64,000 nucleotides of DNA from Podarcis melisellensis (Eukaryota): NCBI GenBank assembly GCA_964234715.1, contig OZ174289.1; one strand, given 5' to 3'. Below, in pieces: positions 10,746 to 24,943 of this stretch (its first letter is position 1; each line of letters starts with the position of its first letter). The position numbers were made by a program, and so were the translations under genes. Under the pieces are notes generated by a model. The model did not search any database. It saw only the letters and a program-made list of their open reading frames with translations, and was not told the origin of the DNA.

Positions 10746-13700
10746 GCCCTTTTGACCATTGGACTTACTGTTGTTCTCATCCACTCAATCCGCTGGAGCC
10801 TGTTTTTGCATGCAAGGGAATTCCCAACTCACTGAGGGTTGGTTACAATTTATCAGTTGCAAAATTATTATTTGCAATAACTGTGGATTATTGAAACAGT
10901 TAAACAACAGCAAAAGCCTTAAAATAAACAGCAGTAGATTTTTTAAAAAGCACACGTTAAAACACAACACTTTTGCAGTGTTCATAAATAAGGCTATTCC
11001 ATTCCATGTCCTTATTAATGTGCCCATTTAAAAACAACAACAACGCTGCATGAATATTTGAGAGAGAATGCATATTTACAATGTAAAGAGATGATTGGGA
11101 AAGTGCCTTTTTAAAACAAAAACAAAAAAAAACCACTCATCTTGTTTTCATGTAATAGCATTCCAGCCAGCTAGAAAACTCAGTGATGCTCTTAATGACC
11201 ATGCTCAAAATGGGTTGCAAACGTCCTTGGGAATGCTGGAGTGTGATCATGTGCCATGTATGGAAAAACCATCTTCCCCCTGTCCCCATGCAAGATCTCT
11301 GGGAAGGAGGGCACATTGCTTCATTGCTTCTGTGGCAGTCCCATTGGCAGTCAAGTGTTCTGGTCACTGGAGCAGCTGTAACCTGTAAAACAAGACAGGA
11401 AAAGCACAACCATAAGCTGACCTAGTTTTGGAAGACTGCATGACAAAGTTTGGCAAAGTGAGAAATTGAAAGTATCGCTATGTTCCTATTTGTACAGTAG
11501 GTCACGAGGAGACGAACAGGTCAGTTCAGTTCAGAATAAGGATCAATGAAGTTCCATGAGCATCCATACTGTATGGACGATGGCATCAGATTAATGCTGT
11601 GGCAAAAAATTATCCTCCTTAAATAATTCTCCAATTAATAAGAAAAGAAATTGGATTAAAAATTATCGAAGAGGAGAGAAAATGTAGCTAAAATCCTCAT
11701 GGGTTGGATGAGGAATTTTTGTTGCCCTTACCTTATGTTTGAAATGGCCATGGGGTGCTTTCTTTCATTCTACAAATAATCTCACCAGTGGCTTGCACCC
11801 TACAGCTTTCCCAGGCACATGCACTTCAATTAAAGCCCAAGCATGTGACAACTCCTCCCATGGGGCTTTGACAGATCAGATGTGTGGGCTGCTATCAAGG
11901 CCACAGAGTCCTGGACAAATGTTTGTTTGGAATGAAACACACACACACACACCAGCACCACCCTTGGCCACCTGCCCTTGAAGCTGTGAAGGAAGCTCAG
12001 AACTCTGCAACAACCAAAATTCTAAATAATTTCTCAGGTGCCATGAGAATGAGTCTGATGAAATGGAAGCCTCTTTTGCACAGGAAAGACAGAATTTTGA
12101 CACTGAAATACAGTGCCTTCCTTTGTGTGGTGTTTTAATAAATTGTACGAAAATATTCTATTTAAAACAAAACAAAACAATGAAAACAAAGGAATCTTGA
12201 TGCAATTGTATGTATGACTATTAGAGCATGATTTATTTTATTTTATGTGCAGTGCTTTTTCAATATATGGGAATGCATAGGGAATATGGCGTGGAGGAGG
12301 AGAAGAGATGCAAAAGTGAAGAAAATCACAGCAAAGTAGGCATGGTTCAGGAATGACTTGCAAGGAGGGGTGGCATGCAGACCTAGCCTCCTGGCAGCAG
12401 TGTCCTGGCAGCAATGTCAATGTGACATCAGGGCAGGGAAGCAGTGAGGTCAGAGAGGTTCAGGTGCACCTGTGCCACCAATCCAGTTCACCTGAACCTC
12501 CTCAAACTTGGTGCTACCTTGCTGTGATGCCAGGTTGCATGAAATCGACTGCTCCCCACCAGCCATTCCTGCATGCTCCAATTCCATAATTAATGTTAGA
12601 AGTAATGCTTCTTAAACCACAATTTGGAAGAACTTGGGGGAGGGGCATCACAGCACACCAGAGAAATTACTGAGGGACAGAACTCAGGAAACACTCTTAT
12701 CCCTAGGCTGAATGCTTGCAGGTTTTATTTTAATGCAAGGTAGTCCTGAAAAGTTTCTTGCAGCAGCTAGAAATATTTTGAGTTGTAAACTCATCCAATT
12801 AATTAAAAGGGATAAATATTCAACTAAAGTGACAATTTTGCTATCAATTTTTTTTAACATAGTGCCACAATTAACAGGATAAATGGTTCCACTTTATCTT
12901 CTTTAAGGCATAATAAAAAGCAAAGTGAATTAAAACTTGGAAATTGATATTTCAACCCACTGACATGTTTTTATCTCAAGGAGGAAGAGCTGCAAGTCAG
13001 GCTGAAACAAATAGGGCTGCTCAGATTCTCTAATACAGTGTTTTTAGTTTTGTTTTTTTGCTTTGAACCTTTTATGCATCTTTGGTTCGGGTTCAAGATA
13101 GCCAAATCAGGAAGCATCAAAGTAGCCAATCTTTTACCTGCTTTATTCACAATACAAGGAGGTAATTGAGAACATAAGGTTCCAGAAAAACTGCACCACA
13201 GATTGCAGACCTAGCCAAGGCAGAGAGTACTCTTTGCTATCCAGGATCCTGCCTTGATGAAAAATTGGAAAAAAATACATGCTCCTGGTGCAATAGCAAG
13301 TGTAGGGCCCCGGTCAGTATTGCAACCATGAAGAGACACTTTAACTGCTGTGACATTAATAGAGATCACCTCCTGATGATGCTATTTGCATTGGGAGGAA
13401 AAAGCTTTATCCCATGTGCTATATTTTAAAGTGCCAAACTAATCATAGTTTGTCAGGTTTTTTAAAACAAAAAACAAAAACCAGAAAGTGCTGAAAAGTG
13501 CTCCTGTGTGTGCATTCATAGATCAGAGATATAACTGTGGTTTGAAGCATATGTCTGAGAACTAGAAATAAGCCGGCAAAAGTGGGACAATAATCCATGG
13601 GAGCCAATTATTTTCTCTCTCTGAGTGCTGCTTCAGAGAAATTATTGTTGTCCAAGAAAACAGACCTGACCACCCTCTGGAAATATTCACCTCCACGGAC

Positions 13701-14034
13701 AAACATTATGTATTCTTTTTGTTCATATCTGTGATTGTTCTTGGAATGAAAAGGTGGGACACATTGATAGGACTGGAATTGACAGATTTGTAAATCCCTA
13801 GATTTTGTTGAACTCAATAGTGCTGAGCAACTGATCTAAGGAATCCCTTCAACCTGTAATAAATGCCTCAAGGTTCTCATTACCATCCAGATTCATAAAC
13901 CACCCTTCTAACAGAGAGGTAAACATAAATTTCTCTAGGACAGTGCCCCGGAATAATGAGAGAAACTTTCATTTATGATGCAACCCACTTTTTAAATAAG
14001 AGATGGTACCAGGGATATGTAACATTTTCAAAGA

Positions 14035-14720
14035 CTCATAGAATTGTAGAGTTGGAAGGGAGGGATCCTGAGTGTCATCTAGTCAGAGGCGTACCTAGGA
14101 CCCCTTTCACTCTTGGGAATGAGACGTATCAGTCTCACTCCACTGTCCCTTGCACCCTTGGCAAGGAGATATATTAACACCTCCAAAGCATGGACCAGAA
14201 ACTCAAAAATTTTGCTTTGCATTGCCTTTCATGCTCCACCAGCAATTACCTTTGGGGCCATCAGGGTTGGGTCTGCTCTGCTATACCTTCCCCTTCTTCT
14301 TCCTTTATTGGTCCAACTCTCAGGGTAGAGAGGCGTGATTTTTGTGTGCCCCTCCCCCCAAGCCTGCACCCTTGGCAGGGCCAACCTAGCCAACCCCTTG
14401 GTACACCCCTGCAATGCAGGAATCTCCACTAAAGCATCCATGACAGATGGCCATGCAACCTCTGCTTAAAAACCTCCAATAAATGAGGATCCACCACCTC
14501 CCTACAGAGCTCTTACTGTCAGAAAGTTCCTCTGGATGTTTACTTGAAATCTCCTTTTTTGTAATTGGAATCCATTGTTTCAGGTTCTACCCTCTGGAGC
14601 AGGAATAAACACGCTTGCACCATCTTTGAAGATCTTTGAAAATGGCTATCATATCTCCTCTCAGTCTCCTCTTATTCAGACTAAACAGACTTAATTCCCA
14701 CAACATATGCCTTCAAGGGA
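14035..14720 (-). mobile_element. CR1 LINE 3' end, interrupted by a MITE
   Basis: CATAGAATTGTAGAGTTGGAAGGG...CATCCATGACAGATGGCCAT matches the uninterrupted copy at 63619-63760. Confidence 0.8.
14084..14411. mobile_element. hAT-like MITE nested in CR1
   Basis: Imperfect TIRs CAGAGGCGTACCTAGG and CCTTGGTACACCCCTG; CR1 sequence resumes immediately after. Confidence 0.7.
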
Positions 14721-15042
14721 AAGTGATCTGGGACATCATATTGGCGGTGGATATGGGTCTAAAGGCCAGAATCCCCTTCCTTCATTGTCTTTCTCTCTTT
14801 CTTTGTGCACATACTCAAAGCACATTCAAGTACAGATGTGTAGAATGTTGGAGTGTGTGTTTTTTAAAACTGTTTTAAGTTTATCATTTTTAAAATGTTT
14901 TAAATAGTTGTTTTTAACTGTGCTTACCAATAATTTTATTGATTCATTATTTTTGTAAATCACTTGAGGTTTGTTTTTTTACAATCAAGTGATGTATACA
15001 TTTTATGAAATAAATTCACAACTGTCCACCCATGCCTCATCA

Positions 15043-15301
15043 GAGAGCCAGTGTGGTGCAGTGGTTAAGAATGGTGGACTCATAATCTGGTGAACCGGGT
15101 TCGCATCTCTGCTCCTCCACTTGCAGCTGCTGGGTGACCTTGGGCTAGCCACACTTCTCTGAAGTCTCTCATCCTCACTCACCTCACAGAGTGTTTGTTG
15201 TGGGGGAGGAAGGGAAAGGAGAATGTTAGCCACTTTGAGGCTCCTTAAAGGGAGTGAAAGGCGGGATATCAAATCCAAACTCTTCTTCTCTTCTTCTTCT
15301 T
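15043..15301 (+). mobile_element. Squam3-like tRNA-derived SINE
   Basis: GAGAGCCAGTGTGGTGCAGTGGTTAAGA head, B box, (CTT)n tail. Confidence 0.85.
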
Positions 15302-16071
15302 CATCCCTGTCCCTTCCTTCCATCCACATTAACAGCCTGCCCTTCCCCATTCAAGCACATCTTCCATTCAACTAGCTGAGAAGCAAAAGGTGAGCTGCTA
15401 CATCAGGAACAGAGTGATCTTTTCTTGCACTGGAAGCTCTCTTTTCATTCTGTGAAGAACAGTCTTTAATTCAAGTGAGATTTGGGAGATGGTGAGAGAT
15501 GAGTGCAGGGGGCACACAGAGTGAGACTAATCTAGACACACTTGAATGCATTGAAATTAATCTACCTAATAAGCAGCAATAAGAAATAAAGGATCCAGAT
15601 GCTGAACCTCAGGGCATATTTCAACACTGCTCTACAAAGCGAAACCTGATGCCGAAGCATTTGTTCTATGGGTCTCTTTGTTGGCAAGTCAATTTGTCCA
15701 TCAGGAGAACTCCACAGTCGTTTATTGGCCATCATCTGCCTGCTTTGGCTTTTTAGTTCTAGTGCAATTATAGCCCCACAGGAAGGAAAATGACTTGAAA
15801 GAGTCGGTGGTGAGCATTGAATTTGCAATCAGTGCATAGGGTTCCTCCTGCTAAAGTCCCCCTAATTGCTAGGGGTACCTTGAAAGAGAATATGTGCCGC
15901 ATGCTGCTTCCAAAATTAAGCAGGCAGGCCTTCTCAGTGTTGCTATATAAAAAAAGTGTTCAGTTGCCTGTGTCACCATGATGAGATAAATGCTTGAGGC
16001 TTTCCAAATATGCTGCTCAATGTACTGGCTAACCAACCAAACTTCTCAAATTCACGAACTCAAAACAGACG

Positions 16072-16220
16072 TTATTAATTTATTAAATTTGTATACTGCC
16101 CTTCTTCCAAAGATCCCAGGGTGGTTCACAACAAAAAAATACAAAATGAGAATACAAAATACGTAATGAAATGTAACTAAACAAAAACCAATAACCCTCC
16201 CATGGAGAAAGCATTCCACA
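16072..16220 (-). mobile_element. L2-type LINE 3' tail
   Basis: Minus strand GTGAACCACCCTGGGATCTTTGGAAGAAGGGCAGTATACAAATTTAATAAA, similar to the L2 tail at ~46375-46420. Confidence 0.6.
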
Positions 16221-19200
16221 AACAGGGAGCCATCACATAAAAGCCCTGATCTCATGTTGCCAAAGGAAATAACCTTCCTAGGGTAAAAGTTTGCTGAGCA
16301 AGGTATGTATGTTTATCACAGAAGGATCCAAGCAAGCACTAACATGCTGCCACCAGCAGATAAAGAGGGACTGTAAAGAAATTGGGGGCATGGTGAACTT
16401 TGTGGAATATGTATTCCCAATTTATCTGATCACAGGTTTTTGTTATATAAAAGTGCACAATGGACTTGGAGTGTTAGCAGTGCATTTGAGAATCTTATGT
16501 CAGTGCAAGGAAAAAGTAGACATAAATGGAGAATTCCCTGGATGCCAGGATCCAGGTTTGGGGCAAGTACTCATTGGTGAAAGAACCCCAGCAGAGATTT
16601 CAAATCACAAAATACGCAACAAATCAAAGCATGGAAATATAGTCTGTTAAACTTTTAAAATATGCCCTTCCAAGCTCCTTCCAAAGTTACCCTCTTCATC
16701 TGGCATAGGAAAAGACCACACGTTTGGTAAGAAAGGCTTACCTACAAACCCACCAAATATCAGATTCATGTGCTTTTCCATATAGCATTCAGAAGAAGTT
16801 GCATAGGCAGTAAAACTTAACTTAGTTACAGTGGTGAAAGTTCCTAAATGATGGGTATAGGAAGTCAAGAGAAGCTTGTTAGAGCCCTGGTTTCAGAGAT
16901 CAGACTTTCTCACACATTGAGCTGCTCAGGCAGACTGGAGGAGAAAAATAGACTCCATTTCCCTTTTCCTTCCAAGGTAAGAGGTAGTGCATAGCTAAGC
17001 CTTGCAGGACAGCTTACTCTATGGTGTTAACTCTTTCATGCATTAATTAGACTACAGCATGTTGGTTACACAAGGCTGGTTCTCCCACATCTTAAAGTTA
17101 AAAACATCACCAGTTTTATGAATCAACTGACGTTTCTAAGTGTGGCCTGACTCCAACAGAAATACGGCAATAACTGAATACCCATAGTGTATGCTTCCAG
17201 TGCTTTAACAAAAACTGAGTATCAATGGGTTATGCCTAAGTGCATCTGCACTTTCCAGGAACAGTCCACATTTTTAAGCTCTGTGTCTGAGTACCTTTTT
17301 GTTGTTGTTGTTCTGGAGCTTTATGGGCAAAAACACACAGAAGCTGAATCAGAGCAAACAGCAATTCAGGTTTTCTGCATATCACCATTTGCCTGGAAAG
17401 AGCAGGGCAAAAGGTAACTATGGATAAGCCCCTAGCCTGAACCCGAGTTTTTGGTTAACCTTTCTTCTTGGTACCCATAAGCTGTAGCTAGGAATGGAGG
17501 AGAAATTCTATTCCTGTTCAATAAAGTTCAAACTCAGCATTCTTTCTCTGTATATCAAAATTATCCATACCACACAATAAATTAATTAAGTTATTATAGG
17601 GTGCTCAGAATTCATTATGAACTTGCTTTGTGTCTTCCATGTAAAATCGCTACTTTCTACTTAGTCATATCTCCAAAATTATTTCTCATTAGGTATTTTT
17701 GGTTGCTTTTGGCTTGTCCCTTTAGAAAAATAATAAATAACTGTATTCCTTGTTCGGAGATCAATTAGCACTATGCTCAGTAGAATTTCTTGGCAAATCA
17801 AGAGAAGCAGAAGCGACTATTCTCTAAAATCTTTAACACATTGTGTGGTTGGTCTCTCTGAGAATAACTTCCAGAGCATCTGCTAGAAGAGCATCTGCTC
17901 TCGGAAGAGAGAAAGGAAGAAAGAAAATACCTTAAAGCCCACCAGGTAGAGTGCCAAGTAGATGCTCTACAATACACAGTCTGTGGTTGGAAGCAGGAAA
18001 TAGCATTGACTGTCTCAGTTAGGCTGCAAAATGCTAGCAATTAGCACTAATCAAATTTTAATGAGGCATCTTTCAAAGTAGAAGTTCCTTTAAAAAAAAA
18101 GGGAGAGTTGGACATAAGCACCATTTAACACAATGAAGCAGAAGGGGCTCAGTGAGTGGGTCATAGCTGCTAAGCAAGTATCTCAGCAGGTGGGATAATG
18201 CTGAAGATCAGGAAGAGGGAGTGACAAGGTGATGCAGGGTTAATACAGTGCAAATGCACAGTCAGTAGCGTTGGATTAGCTCTGCTCAGGGCTGACCCAA
18301 GGGCTGAAACCACAAAAGGGGGAGTAGGAATCAAATCAACCTTACCAAACCATTGAACTGTGAATCAAATGCCATTGCAGAGGGAGAAGAACCCCACTCT
18401 GAATCACACTGGGTGGGAACAGACTCAGGATACCTGAAAGGGCAGCCCCCACCATTTCCTTTCTATGGGTGGAAGGAAGCCAGCAAAATCTCTTGTTCAC
18501 CAAGATGCCCAAGAAGTGAGTATTGTATTCCTTGGAGTCTGGATCTGCTGGCCCTGTAGATCCTGCCACCTGAGGCAGTCGCCAAACCTTGCCTCATGGC
18601 TGACCCAGCTCTGGCCTTTTTTAAAAAGTGCATTTCCTGTATGCTAACTTCCCCATTGCCTTGACCTTCCCTCCCTGGTAAGCAACAACACCCTACCTGC
18701 CGGGAAGCTAGCATAGCAGCTCTGCCTCCCCACTTTTGCAATAAAGTAAACATGTGCAGAGTCAGAATACATGTCTTTATAACACCTCCTCCACTCTGAT
18801 GAGGAGTCTTGTGAAACACAAAAGCTTACTCGCTGCTTGGTGATTGTTTAGTTGATCCTATTAGCAGTATCGTCTGACTGTTACTTTCAGATTTTCCTAC
18901 TGGACCAATGCAGTGCCACACAGAATTTGAGTACAAGTTTTCAGGAAGAAAACTCAATCCAAAGAACAGTTCCCATTGCTGAGAATGAGCTGCTGGGAGG
19001 AATAATGAATAAAATATATGAAGGACCATTTCTAGGAATAACCAGGATGAATTAAAATAAGATGAACATGAAGAATTTGTGCAGATATAACCCGAGTTTG
19101 GTTTCCACTTCAAAGCAGGAGCTAAGCTTTATTCTGCCCAAACTTCAGAACTTTTCAAGCATTCACAACTACTGCCTATTTAATTACTGCCTATTTAAAA

Positions 19201-21654
19201 TTTGGTTTCATCTGAGTAATGCTATGTTATGCTATGTGTCTGCAGAATTGACATTTTAAATGCTTGCACTCTTCAAGTGCTTAAAGATGATCTATCATGC
19301 ATGTATTCTGGAGTGTTTGTCAGAATTAATGGGAAAGGTTGCTTTTACTCACAGATGAGTCATTTACCATACTTACTGTATACGTAGGCAGGGCATTTTT
19401 CAGTATCCACACATTTCTTTAGCTGTGATACTATAGTGTTCTGCAACACAACCTCTTTAACTCCGTTGTGGGAGTGCCTTGCACGCTCTGGATTTGCAAA
19501 ATTCATATTAAATGGTAACAGAGACATCATATTGATTTGTATCTTTCTTTTAGGGATTTCCTTGGACAACATCCTAAATTGTGCATTGTGCTCTTTGACA
19601 CTTCTGCCAATTTGATACAAATGAAGAATTGGTTCTTTCTTTTATTTCCCACAGTCTCTGTGTTTATTGCATTACTACAGGTCACTTTTGAGGAGAAGGG
19701 GGAATGAATTCCGCATCACAAAAAAGAGGGCAAAAGATAGCATTTTTTCCACAATTAATCTGTGCAAAGGCCCCCCTGCTCCCGATCCAAGGTCACACAG
19801 GGAAGGTGCTTCTGAAGGGGGAAGCTGTGACCAGTACAACTGAATACTCAATTCGCCTACTGAATCAATCACACAGGGTGCTGATTTTCAAACACTATCC
19901 CTGCAAGGAAGACACTTGCAAAGGAGCATCCACAGCAGCCTTTCTACTCAATGTCATGTCCCAAAATAACTCCAGATTGCTCTGGGCAGCCCAAATCACC
20001 CTGCGGTAATCTGGGGCTGTCTTAACCTGACATGTCCCCTGAATTGGCCTGATTCAGTTCAGGTTTCAGCCTAACCCTATTCACAGCCCTAATACAGACA
20101 CACACACAAATCTAGAAATAATTGCTTATAATTTATACAAAAAGATTATACATCTCACTGTAGTAGGAATGACTATGACCAGGTGAACTTTGTGCCTGCT
20201 CAGTTTGCTGCCAGGTGCTCACTGCTGATGGACAGCTTCAAAGGTCTTGCCTCATTTTTTTTGGCTCTTTATCTCTGGACTGGATTTGGAACAGTCAGCT
20301 CTTCAGACAGAGGATGTCTTCACATAGATGACACTGCTCCATACATAGGACACAAAACTACCCTACTGTGGTGTACAAGTTTGCTTAACCAGCAGAAATG
20401 GGCCAGTAACACATAATTGATATGAGATACTAGAACATTCATTGTGGTGTCACTAGATAGTTTTGGTCTGAGTCTTAGCAAGATAAATGTTCCTATCAGT
20501 GCTATGCTGAATCTTTTGCCCCAATCTGTTTTTGGCAATTCAAAGAGGTGGGAGTGAATTGGCTTGTGAAGAGGTAGGGGGTGGGGTAAATTTTGATTAT
20601 TATTATTTTTTTGGGGGGGAGTTCCACTTACCATATGTAATATACCAGGTTGTCAAGTGACCTGGATTTGTTTTTGTTTTAAAAAACTCATATTGCAGTG
20701 TGGTACCCTTCTTTCAAAACTTACCATCTGAACATGTGACACACATCTTTGAAATACGGAATTTCAACTGGGACTCATATGCTCAATGTGAGAAGTTCAA
20801 GCACCCCACCAAAACGTCTCCAAATCTGTTCTCTCTGCAAGAGGCAATAAAAACAAACAAAGACTCTTTTGCAGAGAGCGGAGACTTATGTGAAAGCAGT
20901 ATGTGGGCTTTAGCACAGTACTAGTTCCAGCTATAATGTAGCAAGGCCCTCACATTTTTTTAAATAGAGTAAGGTCAGATCAATGTTATAAGGAACCTAA
21001 AACAAAGTCTCTTGTGGTGTGCCCCCTACCCACAGCCATGCACTTATATCTCCACACTGGCTGAGAATGGAAATTCACCCATCACTTAAATTCCGCAGTA
21101 TTCCCTGTCTTCTGCCCATGTTCTGTGGAATAACGTTGCTTTTGAGATATGAGGGTGCTCGCTATCTGTACTTTCCAGAAACAATTGCAGACATTTTTTG
21201 TTTTGAAAAGCCTTTTAAGGTGGACAAAAAGGTCTGTGCTTCAGATGTTCATTCTGTATTGTTTCTAAACCAATCTTTAGTTACTTTTTGTTTTGGTTTC
21301 AAAACAATTTGAAGCTGTTTATAAATCACCTTGTTGTTGTCGGCATTCACCTGTCTTGGAAGACAATGGAAGAGTGCATCTTCAGGGGTAAAGTTGGAGT
21401 GTTGCAGAGATTTGTAGAGATTATAGGAGAGACATGTTTTGTTGCAGCTGGTGAAAGATAAAGGTGTCTGGTTGTGCTGCTACAGTCATGCCATGGCATT
21501 TCTTTCCCCTGTGCTCCTCCCAGCAGTTATTCCTTCTCTGATCACTGCTATGGATACACGACCTGACTGTCTGCCTAGACATGTATAAAATGTTATTCAT
21601 AAATAACAATACATTAATAATACATTATGTCTGGTTTTCCAGGGCACCCATCAC

Positions 21655-21830
21655 AATGGGTGGCTTCCGCTATCACTGAAAGCCAGTTGCTGGAAATCAC
21701 AAGTGGGGAGAGGGCTGTTGCACCCAGGTCCTGCTTGTGGGCTTCCCATTGGCATGTGGTTGGACACAGTGAGAATAGGATGATGGACTAGATGGGACAC
21801 TGGGCTTATCCAAGACAGCTTATGTTCTTA
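21655..21830 (+). mobile_element. Old CR1-like 3' end
   Basis: CTTGTGGGCTTCCCATTGGCATGTGGTTGG...GGACTAGATGG...TTATGTTCTTA; related decayed copies at ~26120-26490 (-), 33690-33850 and 47580-47850. Confidence 0.6.
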
Positions 21831-23009
21831 AACAGGTAAGAGGAACGTCCTAAATCAGGGAAGGAAAAGACTAGAAGCAGGAACTCAGTCAGAGCCCAGA
21901 GTGCAGAAGATATGAGAAAAGAACAACAGGAAGAAAAGAGATGAACCTAGATGTGGCAGGGAGAACACATAGAGAAATGTTCCCAAGGAATCCTACCTAT
22001 TGTCAGGGCAGTTTGCCATCTTTGATCATGATCTCCTATATGTTTATCTTCCCTGCTCTACACAGGTTTGTGATAGGGCTGATTCTGTGGGATTGTCATA
22101 GACATTATAGGTGTGCTATCAAAAAATAGGCACATCCTTTTGTTCCTGTGTATTATGCTAATTTTGGTTTAGGGAGAAAAGAAGCCACAGTGTGATATTT
22201 TTGAAAGACATGCTGCATTCCTTTCTCTGTACCCTGTGATGGTTGCTTGCGTGTGATCCAGCTGCAAATTCCCTGAAAACTTCACCTACTCATTCTGTTT
22301 TATTATAATAAGTGATTGCTGGTAAGTCATATTAGCCTTTGGCTCTGTGTGTGTATTGCTGTTTTTCAAATCTCCCATTTTAGATTTTGCTTCAACGCCA
22401 AACAGGTGCCAACCTGTTCCTGCTGATTCTAAGATTTCATCCCACTGTACCCTGTGATGCTTCAACTTCCCAAGTGTGCATGTTTACAATTTTATATCCC
22501 ACTAAAAAGAGAAAAGAAAAAAAATCACAACTTGTATGAGATAGAAAAAGAATATGAGACAGACATATGCTGCATTATATCAAACTTCTTGCATTATAAT
22601 AAACTGTGGACAGACAAAAGGAAGTATTTTTTGGGGGCATCAAGCAAACCTAATTTAAGGAATTGGCTGCCACAATGTATTGCAGTGCCTACTAGCTTAG
22701 ATTACATTAAATTCATGGAAGGAAAACATATCAGTGGCTTGGTGGAGACTGGTACATTAGGGCAAATGAGGCACTGCACCATCAGCTTCCATCATTCCTC
22801 ACCTGCCTTCCTTCTAACTTACATCCAGTCTAGGGAGTGGCACTGGCTGTCAGGTTCCTCCTCTTCAGTGTCAGTGTTGCAGTTGTAGGACTCAGCAGTG
22901 ATGTTGGGACAAACCTAGAATTAGTTGGTTTAGCCTGACATTGGTTCTGGCTCCACTTACTGTTGGCCTCTCTGCCTTCTGCCCATCCAGGTCCAAATGG
23001 GCACCAACC

Positions 23010-23330
23010 ACAACTGTGCTATCTGCTATCTGCAGTGAATCAACGGCACTGGATACTGAATAGCTTATGGGCTCCATTCAAAGTGCTGGTTTTGACCTTT
23101 AAAGCCCTCAAAAACTCAAGAGCCATTCTCCCCCATGTAAAGCAGACCCTTTATCAGAGGTCCTTCTGTGAGTGCGTCCCTTGAGTGATGTGTGAGAGTT
23201 GGTTACACAAGAATGGGCCTTTTCAGTGGTGGCTGTTATCTGTGCAATGCTTTCCTGGGGAGATGTGCCTGGAACCTTCCTTGTCTGTCTTTCAGTGCCC
23301 GGCTAATCCTTTTTTGTCCACAGAAGCCTT
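23010..23330 (+). mobile_element. Decayed L2 LINE fragment (ORF2 C-terminal region)
   Basis: CATTCAAAGTGCTGGTTTTGACCTTTAAAGCCC and GGGCCTTTTCAGTGGTGG, homologous to 45830-46420. Confidence 0.65.
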
Positions 23331-23916
23331 TGGTTAATTTGGTTGCTTCCTATGATGGTGCACATCTTTTAGTGGGGTGGGTAGGGCTTGTTCTTATTGA
23401 TATGTTGCTGGATAGGCTTTTTTCTATTGCTCATTGTCCAAGCAGGAGACCAAATGGTATGTCCCAACTCGTCAAAATTTACACTATCCAAAGCTAGGCA
23501 AGTTATTTTGGCTCCTGAGAAAGGAAATCCCACAAGCACCTCTTCCTAGACATTAAAAGATAAAATACAATAAAAAACATTGATTAAAGAACTGACAAGT
23601 TGCTATTCCGCCCTTTCATGACACCAAAAATGAGTTTCCTGAAGCACCCACCTTACTTTGCCTTAGGATAGGGATGGATCTGCCTGCATGTAGGCAACCT
23701 GGATGCATAAACCACTCCGGGTAAAAAGATAGTAAACTTGATGAAGCCTTTATCTAATCCAGAAAGGTTCTTTGGCATAGAAAATAGATGTGATAGTCAT
23801 GCCTAATAAATTGATTTAATAGTCATAATGAGTGTTTTCAAAAACAGGAGGAGTGGGTGGTTGGCAGGCAGAGCTCAGTTTGTTCATTTCCATATCGTAT
23901 GCTGTTGTTAAAAGTA

Positions 23917-24283
23917 AAAGGTAAAGGTAAAGGACCCCTGACAGTTAAGTCCAGTCACAAACGACTCTGGGGTTGCGGCGCTCATCTTGTTTTACTGGCC
24001 GAGGGAGCTGAAGTTTGTCCGCAGACAGTTTTTCCGGGTCATGTGGCCAGCATGACTAAGCCACTTCTAGCGAACCAGAGCAGCGCACGGATACGCCGTT
24101 TACCTTCCCACGGAGCGATACCTATTTATCTACTTGCACTTTGACGTGCTTTCGAACTGCTAGGTTGGCTGGAGCTGGGATCAAGCAACGGGAGCTCACC
24201 CTGTTGTGGGAATTTGAACCGCCAACCTTCTGATCAGCAAGCCCTAGGCTCAGTGGTTTAGACCACAGCGCCACCCGCATCCC
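23917..24283 (-). mobile_element. Sauria SINE, full length
   Basis: (ACCTTT)n tail and GGGATGCGGGTGGCGCTGTGGTCTAAACCACTGAGC head; 14-bp TSD TGTTGTTAAAAGTA at 23903-23916 and 24284-24297. Confidence 0.92.
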
Positions 24284-24453
24284 TGTTGTTAAAAGTAGAC
24301 TTATGCAAAAGACTGATGCAGCAGGAGAAGTGCTAAACACCTGTGGATTTTTAGCTGCCTGGGTTTTAAGTCTAGAACCAGCATTAACCCTTCTATCATC
24401 TGATTCTAGTTTATATGTCCATCTCCTCTGCAAAGAATTTTAAGACTGACTGT

Positions 24454-24799
24454 TAGGGATGGGAAAGAAATTTGATTCAGTTCACATTTAAAGGTGAACT
24501 TACCTAAATTTCACTTTCTGAAACAATATTCAAACTAAAATTAACACATTTTTTCAGTGCAGTTCTTCAACCAAATAATGTGTACCAAAATATATTTACT
24601 AGTATAAAGTGTGCATATAAATGAAAATAACATATAAAACTGCATTTTTATTAAGGGGAAATTTCTGTACATATAATTGTACATATAATTGTGTGCATAT
24701 AAACAATTAGGTTATCACAACAACAACAGTTATCACCAGCATACAATTAGTTTATTAGGAGAAATTCACAGAAAAAAATGCTGATGAATTTTCATTAGG

Positions 24800-24847
<48 letters not shown>

Positions 24848-24943
24848 GCAGCAAAACTGATGTGGAAATGTGAAGAACTGAACTTAGGGTCGGAAAATTG
24901 AGAAACTGAAAGAAGCTGAGATTGACGTATTTGCCCATCTCTT
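24454..24943. mobile_element. AT-rich non-autonomous DNA transposon containing an (AAT)n expansion
   Basis: Termini TAGGGATGGGAAAGA and ATTTGCCCATCTCTT; a related decayed copy may lie near 55327-55700. Confidence 0.45.
24801..24847. repeat. (TAA)n microsatellite, ~15 units
   Basis: Read directly. Confidence 0.95.

Noticed and set aside
18891-19055. Coding exon after TTTCAG acceptor
   Set aside because: Translations match nothing I recognise and no supporting neighbouring exons were found.
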